Positions 1 through 7,124 of a DNA stretch of 45,630 nucleotides are shown one piece after another. Each line of letters begins with the position of its first letter. Positions within the stretch are counted from its first letter, which is position 1. The position numbers and the translations under genes were made by a program. The notes beneath the pieces were generated by a model. That model searched no databases, had not been told where the DNA came from, and was given only the letters and a program-made list of their open reading frames with translations. Source of the DNA: a virus; the IMG/VR virus record IMGVR_UViG_3300034683_000458, one strand, 5' to 3'.

Positions 1-127
1 TCTTTCAGGCCGATCAGGACGGCAATATAGATTCCGTCCCAGCCCATGACCCTGCAGTAGTGCTGGCACTGGCAGAAGTATATATCGGGGACAAGATCTC
101 CCTTCCAGTCGTCGGCGTTGTATTCTG
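1..127. repeat. Terminal direct repeat, identical to 45504-45630. Probably the assembly overlap of a circular or concatemeric molecule.
   Basis: Read directly: tctttcaggccgatcaggacgg...cggcgttgtattctg is present at both window ends. Confidence 0.95.
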
Positions 128-476
128 CCGTGGTCTTGCACTCAAGCCCGGCGTTTTCGCCAACGATTTCCCTGTCGATGTTGGCTATCAGGAAGGGATA
201 TTCCCCGTCCTGGAAGATGAAGTTGCGCCTGCGGATCTTCTTGCCGGACCTGCGAACAAACTCCTGGGCGACGATATCCTCAAGGACCGTCCCCCAGTAA
301 GCCCTTTCGCCGGCAGATGGTGGTTCGATTTGGCCGGTCTTTTCCAAAAAAAGAGCCATGCGGCTCTTCCACCTGTTGAGTCCTAGTACAACAGAGGCGT
401 CCGAACCGCCCAGCCCTTTTTTGCGTTCCTCAACCCATTCTTCATAAGAGATCCCTTTTTTGCTAATGACCGACAT
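1..476 (-). CDS. YqaJ-like viral recombinase exonuclease (PD-(D/E)xK), N-terminal part. The gene wraps the window ends and continues in 45047-45630.
   Basis: Manual translation from the ATG at 476 (RBS GGAGATGGAG) gives MSVISKKGISYEEWVEERKKGLGGSDASVVLGLNRWKSR...LECKTT...QCQHYCRVMGWDG. It runs in frame into the ORF listed at 45047..45550 through the repeat. Confidence 0.85.
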   Translation of the reverse strand, partial: MSVISKKGISYEEWVEERKKGLGGSDASVVLGLNRWKSRMALFLEKTGQIEPPSAGERAYWGTVLEDIVAQEFVRRSGKKIRRRNFIFQDGEYPFLIANIDREIVGENAGLECKTTAEYNADDWKGDLVPDIYFCQCQHYCRVMGWDGIYIAVLIGLK

Positions 477-687
477 TCTCCATCTCCTTTTTTAACATCT
501 CTTCCAGGCGTGCGAGTTTGCATACTTCCTCTTTGAGCCTTTTTCTGGCTTTGCGGCTTCCATATTTATGCGCCGCTTCCATGGCATATTCGACCCACAC
601 GCGCTGGAGCTCTATCTTGTCTTGCAGCTCCCGAACGCGCTGTTCACAGGTAAGAAAAACAATGTGGAAGACATCAGTCTCCTGCAT
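463..687 (-). CDS. Hypothetical small early protein (coiled-coil, basic).
   Basis: 74-aa ORF. Its stop overlaps the exonuclease start by 14 nt. It sits in the co-directional early operon. Confidence 0.5.
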   Translation of the reverse strand: MQETDVFHIVFLTCEQRVRELQDKIELQRVWVEYAMEAAHKYGSRKARKRLKEEVCKLARLEEMLKKEMENVGH

Positions 688-898
688 ATCTGCAGAGAGT
701 CTGCATATCTTCCACGGTAATTGAGCTGACTAGCTCGGGATCCAGGAGCGCCCTTTCGTCCGCACTGCACAGAACGTTTCTGAGCGCCCTGGCCTCGCCA
801 CGTGTAATTCGTCCTCTTTTTCTGCGATACGGCCCGACAACTGCTCCGGACATAGTTAAAAGCCCAAAAAATTTTTCATCCAATTTTCTCTTCAACAT
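674..898 (-). CDS. Hypothetical small early protein.
   Basis: 74-aa ORF overlapping both neighbours in operon fashion. Confidence 0.45.
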   Translation of the reverse strand: MLKRKLDEKFFGLLTMSGAVVGPYRRKRGRITRGEARALRNVLCSADERALLDPELVSSITVEDMQTLCRYAGD

Positions 899-1094
899 AA
901 ATTCCAGCCTCCTCTTCTATTTTTTTGACCAAGTTTTTTATGTCCTCCACACGCCATACAACTATGTTTTGAGACAGCCGTATGCCCTTTGGGAAACGGC
1001 CGCTCCGAACCCCGTTGTACCAGGTGGTCTTGGACACTGGGATGATCCGCAATACATCGTTCAAGCGCAAAAACCCGAACTCAGGAATGTCCAT
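876..1094 (-). CDS. AlpA/MerR-type excisionase-like HTH protein.
   Basis: LRLNDVLRIIPVSKTTWYNGVRSGRFPKGIRLSQNIVVWRVEDI matches the AlpA/Xis HTH_17 pattern. This family commonly partners P4-type integrases. Confidence 0.7.
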   Translation of the reverse strand: MDIPEFGFLRLNDVLRIIPVSKTTWYNGVRSGRFPKGIRLSQNIVVWRVEDIKNLVKKIEEEAGIYVEEKIG

Positions 1095-1266
1095 CGCAAA
1101 TCACTTCCTCCAAAAGCTGAGCCATAACACATGCACATTGCTTCACCTGGCTGATAAATTCTTTTGTTTCTTCTTTGTCCGGAACGTTATCAATGAGATC
1201 GGCGGCATACGTGAGCACTTCTTCAGACTCGTCTGACATACACCAGACCTTTTTGAGTTGCTCCAC
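1081..1266 (-). CDS. Hypothetical acidic small early protein.
   Basis: 61-aa ORF directly downstream of the cro-like gene. Confidence 0.45.
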   Translation of the reverse strand: MEQLKKVWCMSDESEEVLTYAADLIDNVPDKEETKEFISQVKQCACVMAQLLEEVICDGHS

Positions 1267-1283
1267 AAAGGCTTGAAGAACAG

Positions 1284-1529
1284 CTATTGTTGGTCTCCCC
1301 CCGTCTTGGGGGGAAGTGTAGGGTTTGAGTATATTAAGGAAAAAAGCGATCCGCTTTGAAGCCCAAGAGTTGCTTCAAGCGCGGCTATATTCTTTGCATC
1401 TGTAGGTGGATATTTCTCTTTTTCCCAAGCATATATTGCTGACCGTGATACACATATCTTTTCTGCAAGTTGCCCTTGCGTAAGATGCTTGCGCTTGCGT
1501 GCTGAACGGATAATTTCACCATAACCCAT
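1284..1529 (-). CDS. Cro-like XRE-family HTH regulator.
   Basis: KRKHLTQGQLAEKICVSRSAIYAWEKEK is an HTH_3 motif. The gene is divergent from the CI-like repressor. Confidence 0.8.
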   Translation of the reverse strand: MGYGEIIRSARKRKHLTQGQLAEKICVSRSAIYAWEKEKYPPTDAKNIAALEATLGLQSGSLFSLIYSNPTLPPKTGGDQQ

Positions 1530-1565
1530 TTTTATCCCTCCTTAAGAATGCTTACTACACTAAGA

Positions 1566-1594
1566 ACTATATATCTATATTTGATATATGTCAA
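1566..1594 (-). promoter_or_regulatory. Early lytic promoter for the cro-like operon: TTGACA, 17-nt spacer, TATAGT.
   Basis: On the minus strand, TTGACA is at 1594-1589, the 17-nt spacer is tatatcaaatatagata, and TATAGT is at 1571-1566. This is about 37 nt upstream of the ATG at 1529. Confidence 0.65.
1569..1589. promoter_or_regulatory. Candidate operator: inverted repeat ATATATC-N7-GATATAT inside the early promoter spacer.
   Basis: Read directly. It overlaps the spacer/-10 of the cro-side promoter. Confidence 0.4.
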
Positions 1595-1628
1595 GTAACA
1601 TAAGCATCTCATGCATATCTGACTATTA

Positions 1629-1656
1629 TTGACTTTTTGCTGATTTGGTGTAGTCT
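1629..1656 (+). promoter_or_regulatory. Weak maintenance-type promoter for the repressor: TTGACT, 16-nt spacer, TAGTCT.
   Basis: -35 at 1629-1634 and -10-like hexamer at 1651-1656, upstream of the CI-like gene. Confidence 0.4.
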
Positions 1657-1688
1657 GGACTAAACATTCTCAAATGAGGGCGATAATT

Positions 1689-2387
1689 ATGCTGACCGGA
1701 GACGAAATACGCAAGGCAAGGAAAGCTAAAAAACTTACGCAATCTGAACTTGCTGCTATGATAGGAGTATCACGATCAGCTATTTACGATTGGGAAAAAG
1801 GCAAATATTACCCAACCGGCGAACGTGCTATTAAACTGGCAAAAGCCTTAGGGCTTCCAATTTCAAAATTTTTGCCAGATTATTTTCAAAATGGGGGGGA
1901 TGCTGATCAGAAAAAATCTGGCGAAGTTTCTTCCACCAACCACAACATTATTTTGGTTCCATTGCTCTCGGACATAATAAAAGCTTGTTGTGGCATGGGC
2001 AATGGATATGAGTTTCCTGATGATATAATTGAGGAGAGATTGGCAGTGGACGTGGATTCTTTAGGGCCGGTTAATACAAAGGGCATGTTTGCTTGTAAAG
2101 TAGAAGGGGACTCAATGGCTGCAGCTAGGATTTATGATGGGGATATTATTATTGTCGCACCAGAAGAAGAACCAAGAGATGGGGATGTTGTTTTGATATG
2201 CTATGGAGCACACCAAAGATGGATGATTAGATGGTTTTATTCTCAAAGAGATGGTTCTATTATCCTGAAGGCAGCAAACCCAGAATATCCGGAAGTAAGA
2301 GTTACGCCTGAAGATGTAGATTACGGATGGTATAAATATTTGGGGAAAGTAATAGCATATCAAGGATCACCCAAAAAGGGCATTTAA
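1689..2387 (+). CDS. CI-like repressor: XRE HTH plus an S24 LexA-like autopeptidase domain.
   Basis: KLTQSELAAMIGVSRSAIYDWEKG is the HTH. KVEGDSMAAARIYDGDIIIV...ILKAANPEYP is S24 Ser/Lys dyad-like. The ATG at 1689 has a GAGGG RBS; the ORF track starts at 1674. Confidence 0.85.
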   Translation: MLTGDEIRKARKAKKLTQSELAAMIGVSRSAIYDWEKGKYYPTGERAIKLAKALGLPISKFLPDYFQNGGDADQKKSGEVSSTNHNIILVPLLSDIIKACCGMGNGYEFPDDIIEERLAVDVDSLGPVNTKGMFACKVEGDSMAAARIYDGDIIIVAPEEEPRDGDVVLICYGAHQRWMIRWFYSQRDGSIILKAANPEYPEVRVTPEDVDYGWYKYLGKVIAYQGSPKKGI

Positions 2388-2436
2388 GAGGCGATATGTT
2401 TTTAAAACAGTTCATATAAATCGGGAGGGGGAATAA

Positions 2437-3153
2437 ATGGCTGTGGAAAATGAAAATAAGCAAGATAAAGATCTCTCTAAAAAAGCCAAACGTTTTGGAT
2501 GTCTTGCCACTTTAATAATATCAATTGCTTTTGGATTTATGCTTTTTGGTGGCAGCTCAAAAGAAATAACCAAACAGACATCGAATAGCCAACCGATAAT
2601 CGAAAGAACTGATGAAGAATATGACGCTGGCTCCATTGTTAAAGATGAAGAATATGAGATTCCAAACATAATTAAATCTATTCCCGAAGATGAAAGAAAA
2701 GAAATATATTTTGCCTTAATATCAGCAATGGATAAAGCAGCCGAAGAAGCAAAAGCGGAAGTGGTACCAAAAGCTGGAGATGAAATAACATTAAAAGAAG
2801 AAATGCGAATAATACCAACTTCTGTTATCTTTAAAAGACCAGAATATCTAGAACAATATCCATCAATACAGCAGGCAAAGACATTAAAACCGGGCATGAA
2901 AATAAAAATTTTACAAGTTGTCATGGACCAAAATGATGAATACTGGTTTTATGTTCAATGGGGATCTGACAAGGGATGGGTAAGAGAAGCTTTTCTTCAA
3001 ATGCAATTCAATCAATTAGATACGGCAAGAAAAGAAAGTGACATATCCGATGAAATCCAGGAAGAATTAAAAAAATCAATTCTAAAAGAGTACCACATAA
3101 CAGAAGAGCAGCTCGACCAAATTTTTTATGAAGGGATAAACAAAAAATGGTAA
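2437..3153 (+). CDS. Membrane-anchored protein with a C-terminal SH3b-like segment (moron).
   Basis: N-terminal TM segment CLATLIISIAFGFMLFG. C-terminal KILQVVMDQNDEYWFYVQWGSDKGWV. The region is AT-rich. Confidence 0.5.
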   Translation: MAVENENKQDKDLSKKAKRFGCLATLIISIAFGFMLFGGSSKEITKQTSNSQPIIERTDEEYDAGSIVKDEEYEIPNIIKSIPEDERKEIYFALISAMDKAAEEAKAEVVPKAGDEITLKEEMRIIPTSVIFKRPEYLEQYPSIQQAKTLKPGMKIKILQVVMDQNDEYWFYVQWGSDKGWVREAFLQMQFNQLDTARKESDISDEIQEELKKSILKEYHITEEQLDQIFYEGINKKW

Positions 3154-3299
3154 TGAAGAGAAATGGTAATATTGAATTACGAGCTGCCAATCCTGCATAT
3201 CCTCCACTTATCTTTAACAAGGAAGACATTAAAAACGATATGATTAAAATAATAGGCAAGGTAATGTACGTCATAAACAAGCCCAAGAGAGGTTTTTAA
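3153..3299 (+). pseudogene. Relic of the C-terminus of a second S24-family repressor (48 codons).
   Basis: The translation MKRNGNIELRAANPAYPPLIFNKEDIKNDMIKIIGKVMYVINKPKRGF* aligns with the CI C-terminus QRDGSIILKAANPEYPEVRVTPEDVDYGWYKYLGKVIAYQGSPKKGI*. Confidence 0.7.
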
Positions 3300-3330
3300 A
3301 AATAATCAATATAAGCTAGGAGGGGAAGAC

Positions 3331-3984
3331 GTGGCTAAAGAAAATGAAAATAAAGAAATGAGCGAAAAGAGTCAAGTAGATAAAAAAGCATCAACAGCAG
3401 CGGGTGCTGGATGTCTAGTTGTTTTAATAGTAATTATTGTTATTATTGGATTTAAATTTTTCGGTAGTAGCAGTAAGTCAGTATCCTCTTGGCCAACATC
3501 AGAAATAACCCCGGAAACAGTTATGGCAGCATTAAAAGAGGATTCAGGATTAAATCCAATTTGGAAATGCAGAAACTTCAAGGACAACATTGTTGAGGTT
3601 AAAGTTATAGACAGTGCAATTAATCCCGGGCACAAGAATTTATCTGTGTTCTTCAAAATAGGACAAGTATGGGATGAAACAGATCTGATTCGATGTGTGG
3701 GAGGTACGGTATTGTCAGCCTGCAGCATTTTGTATCAAAACCCAAAAGTAGATACTGTCGGGATGTTTGCGTTAGGTGAAATGAAGGATCAATATGGTAA
3801 CAGCAGCCTGGAGACTGTTGTAAAAATAATTTTCAATAGAGATATAGCCAATAAAATTAACTGGAAAGGCTTTACTGAACAATTCAATGTCGATCCAGGC
3901 AATATTTATAGAATAGCCGAAAGTTATCACATACATAATGGTGTATTAAGATATATAAAACCAGACAAAATCAAATTAAAATAA
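3331..3984 (+). CDS. Membrane-anchored hypothetical protein (GTG start).
   Basis: N-terminal MAKENENK... then TM segment GCLVVLIVIIVIIGFKFF. RBS AGGAGGGG. The N-terminus parallels that of 2437..3153. Confidence 0.55.
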   Translation: MAKENENKEMSEKSQVDKKASTAAGAGCLVVLIVIIVIIGFKFFGSSSKSVSSWPTSEITPETVMAALKEDSGLNPIWKCRNFKDNIVEVKVIDSAINPGHKNLSVFFKIGQVWDETDLIRCVGGTVLSACSILYQNPKVDTVGMFALGEMKDQYGNSSLETVVKIIFNRDIANKINWKGFTEQFNVDPGNIYRIAESYHIHNGVLRYIKPDKIKLK

Positions 3985-3999
3985 GTGAGGTGAGCAGCT

Positions 4000-4677
4000 A
4001 TGGAAAAGTGGGTTAAAAGGTTTGCCCCTATTGGTATTGTCATAGCTGTCATCACATCGTTCGCCTTTGCTGGCGTTGCCTCTCAAAAAGCACCTTCCAT
4101 TCCTAACACTGCAGAAAAGGCCTTAGTCTCGCGCGTCATAGACGGCGATACTATACAGCTAGACGACGGCAGGAAAGTAAGGCTCATAGGAGTCGACACC
4201 CCCGAAACGGTCCACCCCCAAAAAGAAGTAGAATATTATGGCAAAGAGGCCTCGGACTTCACTAAATCTATGCTCGAGGGCAAGGAAGTTTATCTGGAAT
4301 ACGATATCCAACCCACTGATAAGTACGGCCGCACGCTGGCTTATATCTGGCTTTCGGACGGTACTCTTTTCAATGAATTGCTCGTGCTAAAGGGATTTGC
4401 ACAAGTCTCCACTTATCCTCCCAATGTGAAATACGTAGAGCGGTTTACTGCAGCGCAGAAGCAGGCCATGGAGACTAATGCCGGACTGTGGGCTAAGGAA
4501 AGCATAGGGAAACCCCAGGCACAGACAAAAGAAATTACTGTCTATATTACAAAAACAGGAAACAAATATCATAGGGCGGGATGCAAATATTTGAAGAAGT
4601 CTTGCATACCAATATCATTAGAGGAGGCTAAGGCGAAAGGTTATGCGCCGTGCAGTGTTTGCAATCCGCCTGAATAG
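4000..4677 (+). CDS. Secreted or anchored thermonuclease (SNase-like) with a C-terminal Cys-rich metal-binding tail.
   Basis: Signal/TM segment IGIVIAVITSFAFAGVA. VIDGDTIQLDDGRKVRLIGVDTPE...YGKEA...DKYGRTLAYIW is the staphylococcal nuclease motif. The C-terminus reads KYHRAGCKYL...APCSVCNP. Confidence 0.85.
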   Translation: MEKWVKRFAPIGIVIAVITSFAFAGVASQKAPSIPNTAEKALVSRVIDGDTIQLDDGRKVRLIGVDTPETVHPQKEVEYYGKEASDFTKSMLEGKEVYLEYDIQPTDKYGRTLAYIWLSDGTLFNELLVLKGFAQVSTYPPNVKYVERFTAAQKQAMETNAGLWAKESIGKPQAQTKEITVYITKTGNKYHRAGCKYLKKSCIPISLEEAKAKGYAPCSVCNPPE

Positions 4678-4702
4678 AAAGACATCTATTCAATAATAGC
4701 CT

Positions 4703-4743
4703 GAGAGCAGGGAGAGAAATACGATCCCTGCTCTCTTTTTTTA
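4703..4743 (+). terminator. Rho-independent terminator after the nuclease gene.
   Basis: An 11-bp stem GAGAGCAGGGA/TCCCTGCTCTC followed by seven T residues. Confidence 0.8.
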
Positions 4744-4779
4744 TTTGCAAAAAATATTTAAAAAAACATGAAAAAGGTG

Positions 4780-4808
4780 TTGACAAAAAATGAAGGTGCA
4801 TATATGAT
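4780..4808 (+). promoter_or_regulatory. Near-consensus sigma70 promoter: TTGACA, 17-nt spacer, TATGAT.
   Basis: TTGACA at 4780-4785, a 17-nt spacer, and TATGAT at 4803-4808. It sits upstream of 4861 and the type IV-B operon. Confidence 0.7.
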
Positions 4809-4860
4809 ATAGACAGCAAGGAAGAAAGCAGGCAAGGAAGAAAAATAGGAGGGATTAGAG

Positions 4861-5544
4861 ATGAAACAAAAAGAACTGGAACTGTGGAAGTTATACGGCG
4901 AGGATAAATATTTGGTAGTGAATCCCGATGAACTTATCCAACGTGTCTCGTTCTATGAGACCGAGGCCTACATGTTTAGCCCAGATGCTAACATGGACCT
5001 TATTCGCAAGGCTCTCGTGGAATATCGGGAGCGCAAAGAAAATGACGAGTGGCTGAGGTTTTATGAGATCCTCGACGAGTATGGCATCGCTTATGAAGGT
5101 ACCGATGAGGCCGAGGACTACAACCCCGATGTCGTCCTTTGCTTCCCAGATGATGACGATCTCAAGTGGGCGGTATGTAGGATGAGCGATCTTATATTGG
5201 GTGTTTCCGACGTCTTCCAATACTGGGACGGTTCGAACTGGCAAGAGATATGGGCAGAAAATGATGTACAGCATCGCCTGTCCGTCGTCATCGATGAAGA
5301 GACGAAGGAGAACTTAGACGAATGGGACGGGTCAAACTGGTGCTACCTACAACCATTCAATCATGGACGCCTTTACAAGATCCTTACTGTCGATAGTAAG
5401 CCTGTCGAGAATAAGTGGTTGTTATGGGAAAGTGCTGACTGGCAAGGCTCGCTCGACTGGGGCACCATCGTAGAGGAAAAGGATCTAGACAGGGTGCGGA
5501 ATTGGGACGCTGATGCTGATATAGAGGAAGAAGAGGGGTTATAA
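4861..5544 (+). CDS. Highly acidic hypothetical protein with a duplicated WDGSNW motif.
   Basis: 227 aa rich in D/E (DDDD, DADADIEEEEG). YWDGSNWQEIW and EWDGSNWCYLQ are both present. RBS GGAGGGA. Confidence 0.6.
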   Translation: MKQKELELWKLYGEDKYLVVNPDELIQRVSFYETEAYMFSPDANMDLIRKALVEYRERKENDEWLRFYEILDEYGIAYEGTDEAEDYNPDVVLCFPDDDDLKWAVCRMSDLILGVSDVFQYWDGSNWQEIWAENDVQHRLSVVIDEETKENLDEWDGSNWCYLQPFNHGRLYKILTVDSKPVENKWLLWESADWQGSLDWGTIVEEKDLDRVRNWDADADIEEEEGL

Positions 5545-5549
5545 GCAAT

Positions 5550-5567
5550 GGCGGGGGTCGCCCCGCC
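5550..5567 (+). other. GC-rich intergenic hairpin, copy 1 of the AATGGCGGGGG element.
   Basis: GGCGGGG-GTCG-CCCCGCC is a 7-bp all-GC stem. It has no U-tract. Confidence 0.6.
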
Positions 5568-5589
5568 TAAAATACAAGGAGGGGTAAAG

Positions 5590-5931
5590 ATGGTCATCAA
5601 AAGGTATCAGAACAGGCGGTATGGCAGATTGGTGGTAGATTTTGAGAAGGGCGAAATCATTATAGATTCACTAAAGCGCGAGAGGATATGGGAGGATGCG
5701 AACAAAAATTATAGTGAACAATCTTATATTTACTCTGAAATTATCGACGAGTTGTTAGGCGATGACGCTAAAGTCATAGCTCCACCTAGACCTGGCCGTG
5801 AGGAATTATGGGCAGGAGAACCTACAGACTTCGGTTTTAGGGCGATTCTTGAGGACGGCTCGATCTTCCAGGTCGATGCCGAAGGGTCATATTTCTTCGA
5901 AGCCGAAGGGTCATATTTCTTCGAAGGATAA
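5590..5931 (+). CDS. Hypothetical protein with a duplicated C-terminal octapeptide.
   Basis: The ATG at 5590 follows an AAGGAGG RBS; the ORF-track start at 5548 would run through the hairpin. The protein ends EAEGSYFFEAEGSYFFEG. Confidence 0.55.
   Translation: MVIKRYQNRRYGRLVVDFEKGEIIIDSLKRERIWEDANKNYSEQSYIYSEIIDELLGDDAKVIAPPRPGREELWAGEPTDFGFRAILEDGSIFQVDAEGSYFFEAEGSYFFEG
5878..5925 (+). repeat. Perfect 24-bp tandem duplication (two copies) inside the CDS.
   Basis: gccgaagggtcatatttcttcgaa occurs twice in tandem. Confidence 0.9.
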
Positions 5932-5938
5932 AAATAAT

Positions 5939-5956
5939 GGCGGGGGCGCCCTCGCC
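5939..5956 (+). other. GC-rich intergenic hairpin, copy 2 of the AATGGCGGGGG element.
   Basis: GGCGGGGGCGCCCTCGCC, an imperfect palindrome followed by the T-rich ttatctgttg. Confidence 0.55.
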
Positions 5957-5982
5957 TTATCTGTTGTAAGGAGGACATACAA

Positions 5983-6144
5983 ATGGAGAAAACTAAAAAG
6001 CTTAATTTCAGAATTACCGACGAACTTCACAGAAAGCTCAAAATCATTGCTATTAAAGAAGGCAGGACGATGAATGACATCATATGCAGCCTTATAGAAC
6101 AGTACGTAGAACAATACGAGGAGGGCGAAGATGCATTTAAGTGA
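5983..6144 (+). CDS. Ribbon-helix-helix (CopG/Arc-like) small DNA-binding protein, 53 aa. It is absent from the ORF track.
   Basis: Manual translation gives MEKTKKLNFRITDELHRKLKIIAIKEGRTMNDIICSLIEQYVEQYEEGEDAFK*. RBS AAGGAGG. The gene overlaps the csf1 start by 14 nt. Confidence 0.7.
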   Translation: MEKTKKLNFRITDELHRKLKIIAIKEGRTMNDIICSLIEQYVEQYEEGEDAFK

Positions 6145-6763
6145 ACTGCTGGCTGTTGCTACAGGCAGCGATATCGGGAAAGGCGATATCGCGGGTATCT
6201 GTGTCGTTTGTGGGGCCGAGACCGAATGCGGAATACCTCTTAAAAAAGTGGTCTCGGATAACTTCACGGGCTGGAATTGTTTCTTCGCCGGCAACTGTAC
6301 CTGTCCTGAATGTGCATTCATCTTCTCTGATCAGACATTCAGAAGAAAGTCGTGGGTGGCGTCGTCATCTGGTTTCAAGACGTTTAAAAACGACGAGGCA
6401 TGCTCAATTCTCTTTTCGCCACCGGACCCCCCATTTTTCATTCACATAGCAAAGCTTGGCCAGAAGCAGACATGGCTGCGCTGTCTGCACAACGTGGCCA
6501 ATAGTACGAACAAATACTGGTTCTCCCACGAAGGTTACGATATTCCTATCCTTTTTGAGAAGGACAAAGCCGTGTCTTACCTTGATACGGCGTTATCTGC
6601 TCTTGGACTGGGCATAACCAAAACAGAGCTCAGGACAGGCGAATTTAAACTCAAGACCTGGAGGGAGGCGTATGAAAAAGGTTATCAGGATTTTTTGCGC
6701 AGCATTCGCAGTTTGAAAAATAATCTGCTCTGGGAGGTGATAGTAGATGTCGCAAGAAGATGA
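6131..6763 (+). CDS. csf1: Type IV Csf1-like (Cas8-like) large subunit with an N-terminal zinc ribbon.
   Basis: CVVCGAETEC...CTCPEC cysteine pairs, about 210 aa. It is the first gene of a csf1-cas11-cas7-cas5 order. RBS GGAGGG. Confidence 0.6.
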   Translation: MHLSELLAVATGSDIGKGDIAGICVVCGAETECGIPLKKVVSDNFTGWNCFFAGNCTCPECAFIFSDQTFRRKSWVASSSGFKTFKNDEACSILFSPPDPPFFIHIAKLGQKQTWLRCLHNVANSTNKYWFSHEGYDIPILFEKDKAVSYLDTALSALGLGITKTELRTGEFKLKTWREAYEKGYQDFLRSIRSLKNNLLWEVIVDVARR

Positions 6764-7124
6764 AGACAGGATCATCGAAATGCTGGCATTGATTTACAAC
6801 GCAGTCGACTGGAAGAAAATGAAGACTGCAAAAAACCCTCATGATATATTCAACCATCGCGTGAGGGCAGCAAGCAGGAGGGGGACCATCTTTGAGGCCG
6901 TTTCAAAGTTGGCCAATTATTTCGGCCTTCAATCTCTCCCGACCGGAGCCATACGCATTGCCCAACAGCTCCGGCCAATTGAACAGGAAGTGCTAAACAA
7001 GCTTTATGCCGAGCACATCCCCATGTCCATGCTTGCTATCATGAGGGCAAAGGAAATGAGGGATGAAAGGCGGAAGCTGAGGGATGAAAACAATAATTCA
7101 GAAGAGGTGATCAATCTTGCGTAG
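6747..7124 (+). CDS. cas11: Cas11-like small subunit (assigned by helical composition and position).
   Basis: 125-aa helical protein with a basic/acidic tail, located between csf1 and the cas7-like gene. It overlaps both neighbours. Confidence 0.5.
   Translation: MSQEDEDRIIEMLALIYNAVDWKKMKTAKNPHDIFNHRVRAASRRGTIFEAVSKLANYFGLQSLPTGAIRIAQQLRPIEQEVLNKLYAEHIPMSMLAIMRAKEMRDERRKLRDENNNSEEVINLA

Noticed and set aside
60-386. Plus-strand ORFs at 60..386 and 118..300, and many similar listed ORFs antisense to long minus-strand genes, for example 25378..25770, 26041..26928, 33526..34729 and 36790..38634.
   Set aside because: They lie wholly inside, and antisense to, genes with clear family signatures (exonuclease, tape measure, protease, terminase). 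They lack RBSs, and their translations are low-complexity shadows.
5548-5589. The upstream ATG at 5548 as the start of the 5590..5931 gene.
   Set aside because: That extension would be translated through the GC hairpin and has no RBS. The ATG at 5590 is preceded by AAGGAGG.
5550-5956. The two GC hairpin elements read as CRISPR repeats.
   Set aside because: There are only two copies, about 390 bp apart, each separated by a protein-coding gene, and they are imperfectly identical.
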